A stretch of DNA of 64,000 bases from NCBI GenBank assembly GCA_963797545.1, contig CAWCPU010000005.1, positions 254,108 through 318,107 on the forward strand, read 5' to 3'. Numbering within the stretch: position 1 is the stretch's first letter; every line of letters starts with the position of its first letter. Origin of the DNA: an uncultured delta proteobacterium (lineage in GTDB: Bacteria > Desulfobacterota > Binatia > UTPRO1). The notes under the pieces are model-generated. The model did not search any database. It was not told where the DNA came from and saw only the letters and a list, made by a program, of their open reading frames with translations. Shown here piece after piece: positions 31,903 to 42,516 of the stretch. A program made the position numbers and the translations under genes.

Positions 31903-34444
31903 TCAAACGCGCGACTCGACGGCGACCAGGCCGAGCTGCTGCGAGACGATCTCGAGCACCTGGTAGATCACGCGTCCCAGCCGGAAGCTCTGGTAGGCGA
32001 TCGACACCGCGGTGAGGCCGCCGAGAACCGCCGCGACGATCGCGAGCTCGGAGATGCCGGCGTAGGCGCCGACCGCCACCAGCAAGCCCCAGGAGCCGAG
32101 CGCGAGCTTCGCCGCACGCGAGGTCTTGACGGCGCAGCGCACGTTGAAGAGCCGCCGTCCGCCGCCGTGGTTCTCGACCGCGACCCGGAGCTGCCCCTTC
32201 GCCACCACGCCGCCATGGACCTCGAGGTCCCAGCTGCTCCAGCCGAGGTCGTGGGCGATGAGATACTTCCGCGGCAGCAGGAACCGCATCACCGACCTCG
32301 AGGAGGGCCTCCTTCTCGTCGCCGCCGTCGCTCCAGTACGCGAGCAGGAAATCGCGCCGCAGCCACCGGACGCGGGCCCGCTGCGTCGGCTCGGCGAAGC
32401 GGATGCGCTCGACGTCGTTGAGTCCCTTGATCCGCCAGCGGTAGCGCTCGTAGCTGCGCACGAGCGGGCCGAGGTAGATCAGGACCGCGACCAGCAAGCG
32501 TCCGCGCCAATCGTCGTAGCGCGGCTCGATCCGGGCGCGCATCGCGCTCGACAGCGACGAGACCAGGGTGATCGCGAGCGGCACGAGCGCGAGCGCGAGG
32601 TGCTTGCCGGCCGCGAGCGCCGCGATGACGATCAGCGCGCCGACGAGATTCCACTCGAGCGTGAACGGCAGATGCTCGAACAGCGACGACGGCGGCTCGT
32701 AGAGCGTTTGAAAGAGGCCGCGGCCGAAGGTGCCGGAGTAGATCGCCGGTCGGCGCGAGAACAGCGAGGTCGTGAAGTCGCCGTAGATGCGGCCGAGCCA
32801 GCGCGACTGGCCGAGCATGTTGAAGCGGTACGGATGCTTGAAGTAGAGCAGCGCCTCGGCCTTCCCGTAGCCGCGCTGCTGGCGGAGATAGTCGCGGACG
32901 GTGTTGCGGCGGAAGTGCCAGACCATCGCCCCCGGGCTGAAGCCGATCGCGTAGCCGCGATTCTGCAGGCGCCAGCACACGTCGACGTCGTCGCCCGCGG
33001 CCGCGAAGATCGGCTCGAAGCCGTGTACCTCCTCGAGGGCGCGCTTGGTGAAGGCCATGTTGCAGCCGGGAATGTGCTCGGCGACCTCGTCGTCGAGGAG
33101 GACGTGCGTCGGTCCGCCGGGCGCCGCCGCGACGTAGGCGGCGACCGCGCTGTCCTCCGGCGGCGGGAAGTTCGGCCCGCCGACGGCGACGAAGCCGTTC
33201 TCGACGAACTTGTAGACGAGGTACGTCAGCCAGTCCGGATCGACGACGCAATCGGAGTCCGTGTAGGCGACGATCTCGCCGCTCGCGGCGCGCATCCCGA
33301 CGTTGCGCGCCACCGACAGCCCGCGGTTCTCCTGGTTGATCAAGCGGAACGCCGGGTAGCGCTCGGCGATCGCGCGCGTGCGATCCTTCGACCCGTCGTT
33401 GACGATCACGACCTCGTAGTTCGGGTAGCGGAGCTTCTCGAGCGAATCGAGGCATGCCGCGATCGTGCGCTCGGCGTCGAAGGCGCAGATCACGACGGAG
33501 ACCTTCGGGTAGCGGCCGAGCGGCGGCGGCAGCGGCCCCGCGAACTGCGCTTGCACGGCGCGGAAGGCCGGCTTCCGCTTGCGGTCGCGCGTCACCAGGC
33601 CGAACGACCAGTCCTCGACCTGCGAGCCGCCGGTGAACCAGTCGTCGGTCCACGAGAAGACGCAGGTGCCGGCGACGCCCGACTCGAAGCCGGCACGCAC
33701 CTGCCACGCCAGGATCTCCGCCTGCGTCGCCTCGCCGAGCCGTCTCGAGTCGATGCCGTGCTCGGTGATGACGAGCGGCCGGTCTCCCGCGATGTTCTGG
33801 AGCCGCAGCAGATAGCGCCGGAAATCGCGTTCGTGGTGGAGGTAGACGTTGAAGCTGACGAAATCGACGTCGTCGACGTCGAGGTACTCGGTCGGCGGGA
33901 AGTTCGCGTAGGTGACGAGCGCGGTCGGCTCGATCGTCTTCACCTCGTCCCGCAGCGTGCCGAGGAAGCGTTCGATCTTCTTGGGTCCGTACCAGCGGAC
34001 GATGTCCGGAGGGATCTCGTTGCCGATCGCGTAGGCGAAGACCGCCGCGTGGCCGGCGCACTGACGCACGGCGCGGCGAACGGCCTCACGAATCTCGGCG
34101 ACGAGCTTCGGGGAATCGAGGAAACAGACGTGCTCCGCCCAGGGGATTCCCACGAGGACGCGGAGATCGAACGCCTCGGCGCGGTCGAGCAACCACCGCG
34201 GCGGCGCCGTGAAGGTGCGGAGCGTGTTCGCGCCCAGCTCGCGCATGAGGGCGAAGTCGCGTTCCACCATCTCCCGCTCCGGGAATTGATCGCCGTGCGA
34301 CGCTTGCGCGAACGGACCGTAGGAGACCGCGCGCACGTAGAATTTCCGATCGCCCGCCCAGAAGAATTTTCCTCGGACGTCGACCGGCCCGGGATCGGCG
34401 GCGGTCGCGAGCGAGACCGAGCGAGCGGCGGGGCTGGCCGTCAT
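31903..34444 (-). CDS. GH-A clan TIM-barrel domain fused to GT2 glycosyltransferase and C-terminal TM region (frameshift near 32290)
   Basis: N-terminal ANTLRTF, AIGNEIP, SFNVYLH, ITEHG, FSWTDDW; GT2 SVVICAF, VNDGS, ARNVG, YTDSD, GCNMAF, AGDDVD, QQRGYG. Confidence 0.88.
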
Positions 34445-34722
34445 GCGAGCGTCGGGCGTTCCAGGGCGTGGCCCGTTCCACCGCCGAGGCGTCGCGAGCG
34501 ATCGTCACTCGACGCGATCAGATCAGTCGCGCAGGCGCGCATGCCGTGCCGGGTTTTGTATCTCCTCGCACGGCGTTTGGACAGTACGACGGCGGCGCCG
34601 AACGCGCGCGCTCACGACGTCGTCGCCCGGCGGTTCCCACGCCACGGCCTCGCGCAGCCTACCCCGGTGCCGACGCGCAGAACCCGAGACCGCGGGCAGA
34701 AGTGCGGGCGGCGTGCGCCCGC

Positions 34723-35364
34723 TCAGGGCTCGTCGGCGTGGCCGCGGAAGCGCTGGCCGCCGTTTTCCGCCACGCCCGACCCGTAGCGTCCTTCGAAGCA
34801 CTCGCCGCTCGCGGCCTGCAGCTGCACGCGCAGCGGCACCGTCACCGGCAGATCGGGCAGGTGAAGCTGCCGGCCGCGACCCTTCAGGACGATGCGACCG
34901 CGGCCGCCGCGCCGCGCGTCGAGGTAGACCTTGGTGAGACCGTTCGGCAGGCCGGTGCCGGTCCGGTACCGGAAGCCGGTTCCGGTCTGCCGCCAGTAGC
35001 TCGCGGCGGGCGCGGTCGCGGCGAAGAGCAACGAGGTCTCGCCGCCGCTCCCCTCACCGTAGAGACAGAACGCGTAGTCGCTCGTCGTCGTCGGATCCGC
35101 GAACGCGAGAGCCTGCGCCGAGGCGCCGCGGTACCACTTCCAGACCACGTTGTCGCGGCGGTGCGACGCTCGCGTGTTCATCCAGAGGCGCGTCGGATGC
35201 GGAGGCGTCGGCGTGATGCAGCCCGTGATCGGCGCCGGCGCGCAGGTGAAGTCGGCGGCGAACGACGCCGCAACGACGAAGGCGCTGATCGTTATCGTGG
35301 CTGCGAGCGACGCGCATACCCGCGCGATGCGCCGAGCGCGGCCGGATCCGACTGGATCGTGCAT
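34723..35364 (-). CDS. Hypothetical exported protein
   Basis: GGAGG RBS; signal-like N-terminus; VVWKW...FADPTTTSDYAFCLY...VQLQAASGECF beta-rich domain. Confidence 0.65.
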   Translation of the reverse strand: MHDPVGSGRARRIARVCASLAATITISAFVVAASFAADFTCAPAPITGCITPTPPHPTRLWMNTRASHRRDNVVWKWYRGASAQALAFADPTTTSDYAFCLYGEGSGGETSLLFAATAPAASYWRQTGTGFRYRTGTGLPNGLTKVYLDARRGGRGRIVLKGRGRQLHLPDLPVTVPLRVQLQAASGECFEGRYGSGVAENGGQRFRGHADEP

Positions 35365-35614
35365 GAGCCTCCACCTTTCACGAGACGTGGTTGTCACAGT
35401 ATCGAACGGGCACCGCGGCTGAAGATTGGCGGTGAGTGCCTATCCGGAGCCGGTCGGCTTGTCCAGCGATTTTTCACTCGACCTGCCGGAGTCGTCTTCC
35501 TGGACACGGCTGACTCGGGTGCGCTGCCCGCGACCAGGCGATCGCGGTCGCGCGACGATCGAGAAGGTCGGCGCGCCGCTCGTCGCGACCTCGCATCGTC
35601 TCGTCGTTCGGTGA

Positions 35615-35688
35615 TGCTGGTGGAGGGACTCGAACCCCCACTTGGCTGATTTTAAGTCAGCTGCCTCTGCCGCTTGGGCTACACCAGC
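35615..35688 (-). tRNA. tRNA-Leu(TAA) with short variable region
   Basis: GCTGGTG/CACCAGC acceptor, GCTGA-CT TAA AA-TCAGC anticodon arm, variable CAAGT, GGGGG-TTCGAGT-CCCTC, A73; CCA not encoded. Confidence 0.9.
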
Positions 35689-35698
35689 CGAGTGTGAG

Positions 35699-35771
35699 AG
35701 GCGGCGAGCGGATTCGAACCGCTGCATCGAGGTTTTGCAGACCTCTCCCTTAACCACTTGGGTACGCCGCC
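35699..35771 (-). tRNA. tRNA-Cys(GCA)
   Basis: GGCGGCG acceptor, GAGGT-CT GCA AA-ACCTC, GGTTCGAATCC, U73. Confidence 0.96.
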
Positions 35772-35861
35772 CGGAAGCGGCGTTCGTACCACAGGGCCGA
35801 ACGAAGCGGCAACCAAGCGTGCGTCGCGCGAGGAGGCGGCCGATCGTCGGAGGGTCGGGTC

Positions 35862-35937
35862 GCGGCGGCGGCGTGACGTCCTCCTCCGCGCGACGGAAGC
35901 CGACGTCGCGCGGAGGAGGACGTCACGCCGCCGCCGC
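35862..35937. repeat. Perfect 34-bp inverted repeat
   Basis: gcggcggcggcgtgacgtcctcctccgcgcgacg, 8-nt loop gaagccga, exact reverse complement. Confidence 0.85.
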
Positions 35938-36180
35938 TGCTCGATCGGCGCGCGCATCGGCGTCATCCCGCGAGCCACGTAGCGGACGCCATCGGCAGTG
36001 AGCGCTCCGAAGACCGCGGTCGAGCGGTGCAGCGGCGCCGCTCGATGCGTGGGCGCGACCGATCGATCGGTTCGTCAGACACGGGACGCATCGGGATCGT
36101 GCGCATGCAAGGAGGTGCCGCGGATCTCGACGGGTGATTCGCGTTGCTTGGGTGACACGAAGTTCCTAGAATCGGCGATC

Positions 36181-36952
36181 ATGCGCTCGGGTGCGACGCT
36201 GCTGGCGATCGTTGTCCTGCTCCTCGCTGCTCCGGCGCGCGCCGAGATCTATCGCTGGGTCGACGACGGCGGGGACGGTGCATCTCGACGACGACATCGC
36301 GCGGGTGCCGGAAGCGCAGCGCGCGACCAGCCGCGTCTTCCGTTCGCGTCCGGCTGCGCCCGCGCCGGCCGTGAGCGGACCGACCGAGGGCGCATTCGCG
36401 AGCGCGATTGCGCGGGAGGTCGGTCTCCTCCGGAGCGATCTGCAGGATCCGGTCTCGGTGCTGCAGATCGTCGGGATCTATCCGACGACCGGCTGGCACC
36501 CCGCCGACGCGCTGTCGCCGGCCGTCGTCGACGAGGTGGTCGGCGCCGCGCGCGCGGCGGCGCGGGGCCGTCGTCTGCGGGCGTCGGAGGCGACCGTCGA
36601 AGCCGCCGTGCTGCGGGTCGCGTCCTCGCTCGGCGTTGCGGGTCCGGCGCCGGCCGCGCCGCCCGACCTGCCGCCCGCACCCGAGCCGGCGGTACCGATC
36701 GTGGTGGCGCCCAGCATCACGGTCGAGTCTCCGCCCGTCGTCGTGAGGGTCGTCGAGCGACCGCCGCGCCCCGTGCTGTCCGGCTACCCGACGTTCGCGT
36801 ACGGCGTGCCGTTCGCGCCCTTCACACCGCGCGTGATCGGCCCGATTCCCGATCGCATCACGCCGCTCTCGAGCCCGGCGGGGCGGCTGCACGGGCCGCT
36901 GGTCACGCCGCTGCGCCCGCCGGGACGCTTCACGCGCCCGATGGGATTCTGA
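36181..36952 (+). CDS. Exported DUF4124-domain protein, Pro-rich C-terminus (frameshift near 36270)
   Basis: Signal peptide ...APARA-EIYRWVDDGG / TVHLDDDIARVPE. Confidence 0.7.
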
Positions 36953-37019
36953 CGAGCTCGGCGGCCAAGGACCGCCGACGGCCGCCGTTCGGCCCCACCC
37001 TCGTTCGAAGGAGTCGACG

Positions 37020-38034
37020 ATGAAGCTCGATACGGTGCTCGCTCCGATGGGTTTGCGCGACGTTCCGGCGTTCGCGCGCGCGGCAGAGGCCGTCGGGTTC
37101 GACGGCCTGTGGACGGCGGAGACCAGCCACGACCCGTTTCTGCCGCTGGCGCTGGTCGGCGAGCACAGCGAGCGGCTCGAAGTTCGGCACCTCGATCGCG
37201 GTCGCCTTCCCGCGCAGCCCGCTCGTGCACGCGCAGATCGCGTGGGACTTGCAGGCGCAGTCGAACGGCCGCTTCATGCTCGGGCTCGGGACGCAGGTGA
37301 AGGGCCACAACGAGCGTCGCTTCGGCATTCCGTGGCAAGCGCCGGGGCCGCGCCTGCGCGAGATGATCCTCGCGATCCGCGCGATCTGGGACTGCTGGCA
37401 GAACGGCACCAAGCCGGCCTTTCGCGGCGAGCACTACCAGTTCACCTTGATGACGCCGTTCTTCAACCCCGGACCGATCGCGCATCCGAAGATCCCGATC
37501 TACATCGCCGGCGTGAACACCTACATGTGCCGGCTCGCCGGCGAGCTCTGCGACGGCTTGCACGTGCACCCGTTCCACTCGCTCCGCTACCTGCGCGAGA
37601 GCCTGCTGCCCGAGGTCGAGGAGGGTCTCACGAAGGGCGGCCGGCGCCGCACCGACCTGACGCTCTCGACGAGCCTCTTCGTCATCACCGGCGAGAGCGA
37701 CGACGAGATCGCGCGCGCGAAGGACGCGGTGCGCATGCAGATCGCGTTCTATGCCTCGACGCGCACCTACGTCCGCGTCCTCGAGACGCACGGCTGGGGC
37801 GACACCAGCATCCGGCTGAACGACAAGGCGGCGAAAGGCGACTGGACCGGCATGGCCGCGGAGATCACCGACGAGATGCTCGATGTGTTCGCGATCACCG
37901 CCGCATGGGACGAGATCCCGGCGAAGGTGAAGGCGAAGTACGACGGCATCCTCGATCGCGTCGGCTTCTATTTCCCGTACCGTCCCGGCGCCGACGACGA
38001 GCGTTGGCGGTCGATGGTGCGCGCATTCGCGTGA
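37020..38034 (+). CDS. LLM-class, probably F420-dependent oxidoreductase (frameshift near 37180)
   Basis: GFDGLWTAETSHDPFL; AFPRSP; SNGRFMLGLGTQVKGHNERRF; FTLMTPFFNPGP; HPFHS; FYASTRTY. Confidence 0.9.
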
Positions 38035-38062
38035 GCGCGGCGCCGACCGCCGCGACACGCTG

Positions 38063-38344
38063 ATGCTCGGACGGCGCAAGAGCCGCACGCGCGGCACGCG
38101 CGTGCGCTTCGCGATGGAGGGGCAGCGGCGGGTCGTCACCGTCGAGGGACGGGATCTCCGGAGGTGGAGCGGCAGCGGCTGCGACGTTTGCTGCAGTCGC
38201 TGCCGATCCGCACCGGCACCGTCGTCGTGCATCGCGATTGGACGGGTCGGCGGCGCCTCGACCTTCAGCGCCGAGATCCCCGAGCCCCTGCGGCAAGTGA
38301 TCCGCAACATCTTCGGCAACCTCTCGGCACTGCGCATGCCCTGA
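38063..38344 (+). CDS. Small DUF3634-like protein (probably frameshifted)
   Basis: C-terminal TFSAEIPEPLRQVIRNIFGN; coding-like middle segment in another frame. Confidence 0.45.
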   Translation: MLGRRKSRTRGTRVRFAMEGQRRVVTVEGRDLRRWSGSGCDVCCSRCRSAPAPSSCIAIGRVGGASTFSAEIPEPLRQVIRNIFGNLSALRMP

Positions 38345-38380
38345 CACAGCGGTGTGCCGCGCGCGCGCCGCGCAGACGCG

Positions 38381-39835
38381 ATGGCGCTTGCGCAACCCTT
38401 CGAATCGCCGACGTCCGGCGGGTGGCATGGAACCGGCTTCTCGGGACCGCGTGAGCACCGCCCAACCGAATCATGCGGTACCCGCCGCCGGCGCACCGCG
38501 CCGTCGAGGGACACGCGCGCGACTCTTCGACCTGCACCTCACGATCGGCGCCCTCCTGCTCGCGGGCAGCGGCGCTGGCTATGCGTCGCGACCGCTGCCC
38601 GTCGCCGTGTTCGCATCGGTGTTCGCGGCGTGGTTGCTCTGCGGGCGGCGTTCTTCGCCGGCTCGCATCGCGCACCGACGACGACGCGCGACGCGGAGCG
38701 CCTCACCGCCGAGCTGCACGCGACCGTCGCCCGCTTGGCCGCGTCCGAGGAGCGCTACCGGGCGATGATCGAGAACGCCGGCGACGCGATCCTCACCTTC
38801 GACCTGAACGACCGCATCGGCTCGCTGAACGGCGCCGCCGAGCGTCTCTTCGGCTGGGAGCGCGCCGACCTGATCGGCGCGCCGGCGCGCCGGCTCGTCG
38901 CCGACGAGAGCGTGCGCGCGTTGCAGCGGTGGACCCGCGCCCATCTGCTGACGCCGACCGAGAACGACCGAGCTCGAGATGACCGCCGTCCACCGCGAGG
39001 GTCGCATCCTCCACCTCGACGCGCACGCGGCGGTGCTGCGCAGCCAAGGCGTGCCGATCGGGGTCGAGGTCGTCTGCCGCGACGCGACCGTCCGCAAGGA
39101 GCTCGACCGTCTGCGCGCCGACTTCCTCGCGATGATCGGCCACGACATCCGCAACCCGCTCGGCGCGATCTTCGGCTACACGGAGATGATGCTGGACTCG
39201 CCTCACCCGGTCTCGAAGGAGCACCGCGAGCTCCTGCTCCGCATCAACAGCAACACGCGGACGGTCCTGACGCTCGTCGGCAACTTCCTCGACGCGTCCA
39301 AGATCGAGGCCGGGCACGTGATCCTCGAGCGTCGCGACGTCGACGTGAACAGCGGTCGTGCAGCGCACCGCCGACCAGTACACGGCGCACGCGCAGCTCA
39401 CCGGGATCGACCTGCGCTCGCAGCTCGCCGCGGATCTGCCGACGATCGCCGCGGACGCCTGCAGGTGGAGCGGATCGTCGCGAATCTCCTGACCAACGCC
39501 ATCAAGTTCACGCCCCGCGGCGGTCACGGTGACGCTCGCGACCGAGCGCCTGCCGTCGAGCGTCGCGGTCGCGATCGCCGATACCGGGCCCGGCATTCCG
39601 CCGCACGAGTTCTCCCGCATCTTCCAGCGCTACGCCCGCGAGCGGCGACCGCACCCAGGAAGGGACCGGCCTCGGCCTCTACATCGTCGGCACGCTCGTC
39701 GAGGCGCACGGCGGCTTCGTGACGATCGACAGCACGCCGGGCGCGGGCACGACGTTCACCGTGTATCTGCCGATCGCGGAGTGGCGCGCGCGCGGCGACG
39801 TGCTGGCGCCGCCGGCGACGGCGACCACGCACTGA
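38381..39835 (+). CDS. PAS-domain sensor histidine kinase (frameshifted)
   Basis: [16 protein letters not shown]...[10 protein letters not shown]; H-box GHDIRNPL; [10 protein letters not shown]; DTGPGI; GTGLGL; GTTFTVYLP; start approximate. Confidence 0.85.
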
Positions 39836-39947
39836 TCACCGCGCGTCCGCGCCGCACGTCGGTCGGCGCGCCCGTCCTCCGCCGCGCAAGCCGCGCCGCC
39901 GCGCCGCTCGACGCGCTCGCCGACGTCCACCGGAGCGCGCGCGGCGG

Positions 39948-40705
39948 CTAGGCCGGATGCAACAGCGAGCGCGCGCGGCGGAACACGCTCGCGAGCATCG
40001 CGGCGCTGAGGCGGCGCGTCTGCGTGTTCTGGCGGCTCGGATGGAACGAGGCGATCAGCGTCACGTCGGCGAGCGTCGTGACCGCGCCGTGCGCGAACCG
40101 CGGCAGCGGCCGCGGCAGCAGCGCGCCGCGCGCGCGCTCGGTCGCGAGCACGGTCGCGAACGCGACGCGGCCGAGCGCGACGATGACCTGCACCCGGCCG
40201 AGCAGCTCGCGCTCTCGAACGAGGTACGGCCGGCAGCGCGCGAGCTCGACGACCGACGGCCGGTTGTCCGGCGGCGCGCAGCGCGCCGCCGCGGTGATGT
40301 AGGCGTCGTCGAGCGCCAGGCCGTCGTCGGCGGCGACCGAGTGCGGCTGGCTCGCGAAGCCGCGTCTCGTGCATGCGCGCGCATGCAGCCACGTCGCCGC
40401 TCTGATCGCCGGTGAACATGCGACCGGTCCGGTTGCCGCCGTGCGCGGCGGGCGCGAGGCCGACGACGAGGAGCCGCGCTGCGGGATCGCCGAAGCCGGG
40501 CAGCGGCCGGCCCCAGTACGTCTCGTCGCGAAACTGGCCGGCGCTTCACGCGCGCGACCAGCTCGCGATGCGCGACGAGCCGCGGGCACAGCCGGCAGAT
40601 CACGATCCGGCGAGCGAGCGCCGCGAGCGACGCATCGGCGGCGAGGCGACGCGGACGGCGCCCCGACGGACCCACGTCGACGCGGCGCTTCGGCGTCATC
40701 GGCAC
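39948..40705 (-). CDS. Uracil-DNA glycosylase family 5 (UdgB-like; frameshifted)
   Basis: CRLCPRL; [11 protein letters not shown]; [19 protein letters not shown]; RCAPPDNRP; [10 protein letters not shown]. Confidence 0.88.
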
Positions 40706-40751
40706 GTCGAGGCCGTCGCCGCCCGACGGCGCCGCATCGCCGTGCGCACGG

Positions 40752-41090
40752 TCACTCGCCGATGTAGCGCACCTGGCCGCCGTCGACGACGACGCTCTGC
40801 GGGATCTGCTTCGGCGCGAGCCCGTGCCGGGTACGGAGATGGGTCACGAAGGCGACACGATCGCGAAACGGCCGCGCGTGCGCGACGCAGAAGTACGGCG
40901 GCCGATCGACCGCGACGACGCCCGGCAGGGCGTGGTGCGAGCCACCGAACGGGAAGACGACGCCCGGCGACGGCGACTCGAGCGGGACGGTGACGAAGAG
41001 GTCGGGCCGTGCGCGGACGCCGTCGCCGGCACCCGCGACGCTCGCGCCGCAGAGGCATGACAGGACGCCAATCGCGAGCGCGATCCGCAC
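40752..41090 (-). CDS. Small exported hypothetical protein with zinc-finger-like motif
   Basis: Signal peptide; YFCVAHARPFRDRVAFVTHLRTRH. Confidence 0.6.
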   Translation of the reverse strand: MRIALAIGVLSCLCGASVAGAGDGVRARPDLFVTVPLESPSPGVVFPFGGSHHALPGVVAVDRPPYFCVAHARPFRDRVAFVTHLRTRHGLAPKQIPQSVVVDGGQVRYIGE

Positions 41091-41303
41091 GGGGCGAATA
41101 TCTCACGACCCGTGCGGTCCGGGAACCGCCGATCGTCAGCCGTGGAATCGCGACGCCGCCAGGCCGCCGACGATTGCGATCTCCGTGACCGCGACGTCGA
41201 GCGCTGGGCGATCTCGGCGCAGCGCGAGCTGCACCGGCAGCCTGCGGCCTGGCGCCGGCAGTCTGCGGTCTCGGGCGCGAGCCAGCCCCGGGCCTCTCAC
41301 GCG

Positions 41304-42380
41304 TCAGCCGCCGAGCCACGCTGCGAGCCGCTCCGTCGACTCGCGGCCGCGCGCCCAGAGCAGCGCGACCGCCCGCTCCGCATCCCAGGTGCCGGCGGAC
41401 TCCCCCGGGAGGACGCGAGTCTCCTGCGGCATCGTCAGCAGCGTCGGCTGGAGAAACGGGTACTCGCCGACCCAGTCCGCGACCGGCGAATCCGAGAAGT
41501 ACGGGAGCGGCTGTCCCCGCGCCGCGCGCGGATCGGTGCCGCGGGACGTCAGGTACGCGAGCCGCGCGCGCCAGATGGCATCCGCCGTCCGGTGGTACGC
41601 GACGATCTCGTCGAGCGCGGCGCGCACCGTCGCCGCCGCCGCGCTCTCCGGGAACCCGAGCGCGTCGACGGCGCGTTCCGCGTCGGCGAGACGCCGCTCG
41701 TAGAGCGCGAGCGGCACGTTCGGCTCTGCGGCGGCAGCGAGCGCGCGGAGCGGCGCGAGCGCTGCCGTCGCCGCGGCGATCGTCTCGGCCGGCACCTCAC
41801 CCCGCGCAGGGAGCGCCGTTTCGACGTGCGCGTGATGACCGGGCCGCACCCGTGCCGCCGCTCGTGGCGCGGCGCCGCCGCTCGCCTTTCGTGGCTCGGC
41901 CGCGGCGCCGGTGCGCCCGTCTGCCGCCGTCGCCGTTCCGGCCGCCTTGCCGCGATCGTGCGTCGCCGCGACCGCGGCTCCCTCGGCGAGGCGACCGGGC
42001 GCCGCGAGCACGCGTACGTCGCCGTCGCGCTCGACCAGGAGAAGCAGACGCAAGCCTTTGGCGAACGCCTCGGCGGCGGCGCTCTCGAGATCGACGCAGC
42101 GATCGACTCGGTTGCCGTTCGCCTGACGTACGACGTCTCCCGGCCGCGGTCCCGCGTCCGAGCCGCTCGCGGCGCCGCTCCCCTCGCCCGCGCTCGGCTC
42201 GCCCGTGCAAGGCACGACGACGACGCCGCGCCCGCCGATGCCGCGTTCCTCGGCGACGACGGCGAAGACCGCCGGAAGCTCGCAGCGCGTCGCCGCCCAC
42301 GCTTCACCCGCGTTGGCGCAGGCGATGGCCAGCAGGGTCAGCAACAAACGGCGCCGCGAGCCCGCGATTCGGTGACGCAC
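41304..42380 (-). CDS. Exported hypothetical protein with PDZ-like N-terminal domain
   Basis: Purine-rich RBS, then GTG; signal peptide; GPRPGDVVRQANGNRV...LLLLVERDG. Confidence 0.55.
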   Translation of the reverse strand: MRHRIAGSRRRLLLTLLAIACANAGEAWAATRCELPAVFAVVAEERGIGGRGVVVVPCTGEPSAGEGSGAASGSDAGPRPGDVVRQANGNRVDRCVDLESAAAEAFAKGLRLLLLVERDGDVRVLAAPGRLAEGAAVAATHDRGKAAGTATAADGRTGAAAEPRKASGGAAPRAAARVRPGHHAHVETALPARGEVPAETIAAATAALAPLRALAAAAEPNVPLALYERRLADAERAVDALGFPESAAAATVRAALDEIVAYHRTADAIWRARLAYLTSRGTDPRAARGQPLPYFSDSPVADWVGEYPFLQPTLLTMPQETRVLPGESAGTWDAERAVALLWARGRESTERLAAWLGG

Positions 42381-42516
42381 TCCCCCCTTTTTTCTCCGGC
42401 GTTCTCCCACGTTTCCGGAATTGTTCGCCGTGTCGCGTTCACCTAACGTACACGGCACGCGGCAGGACGGCCGCACGGTTCTCGCAGCCATTCTGGCGAC
42501 AGCATGGTCGCGAGTG

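Noticed and set aside
34537-34552. Possible sigma54 promoter CGGCACG-N4-GCGC upstream of the GH-GT2 gene
   Set aside because: The -12 element deviates from TTGC and such matches arise by chance in GC-rich DNA
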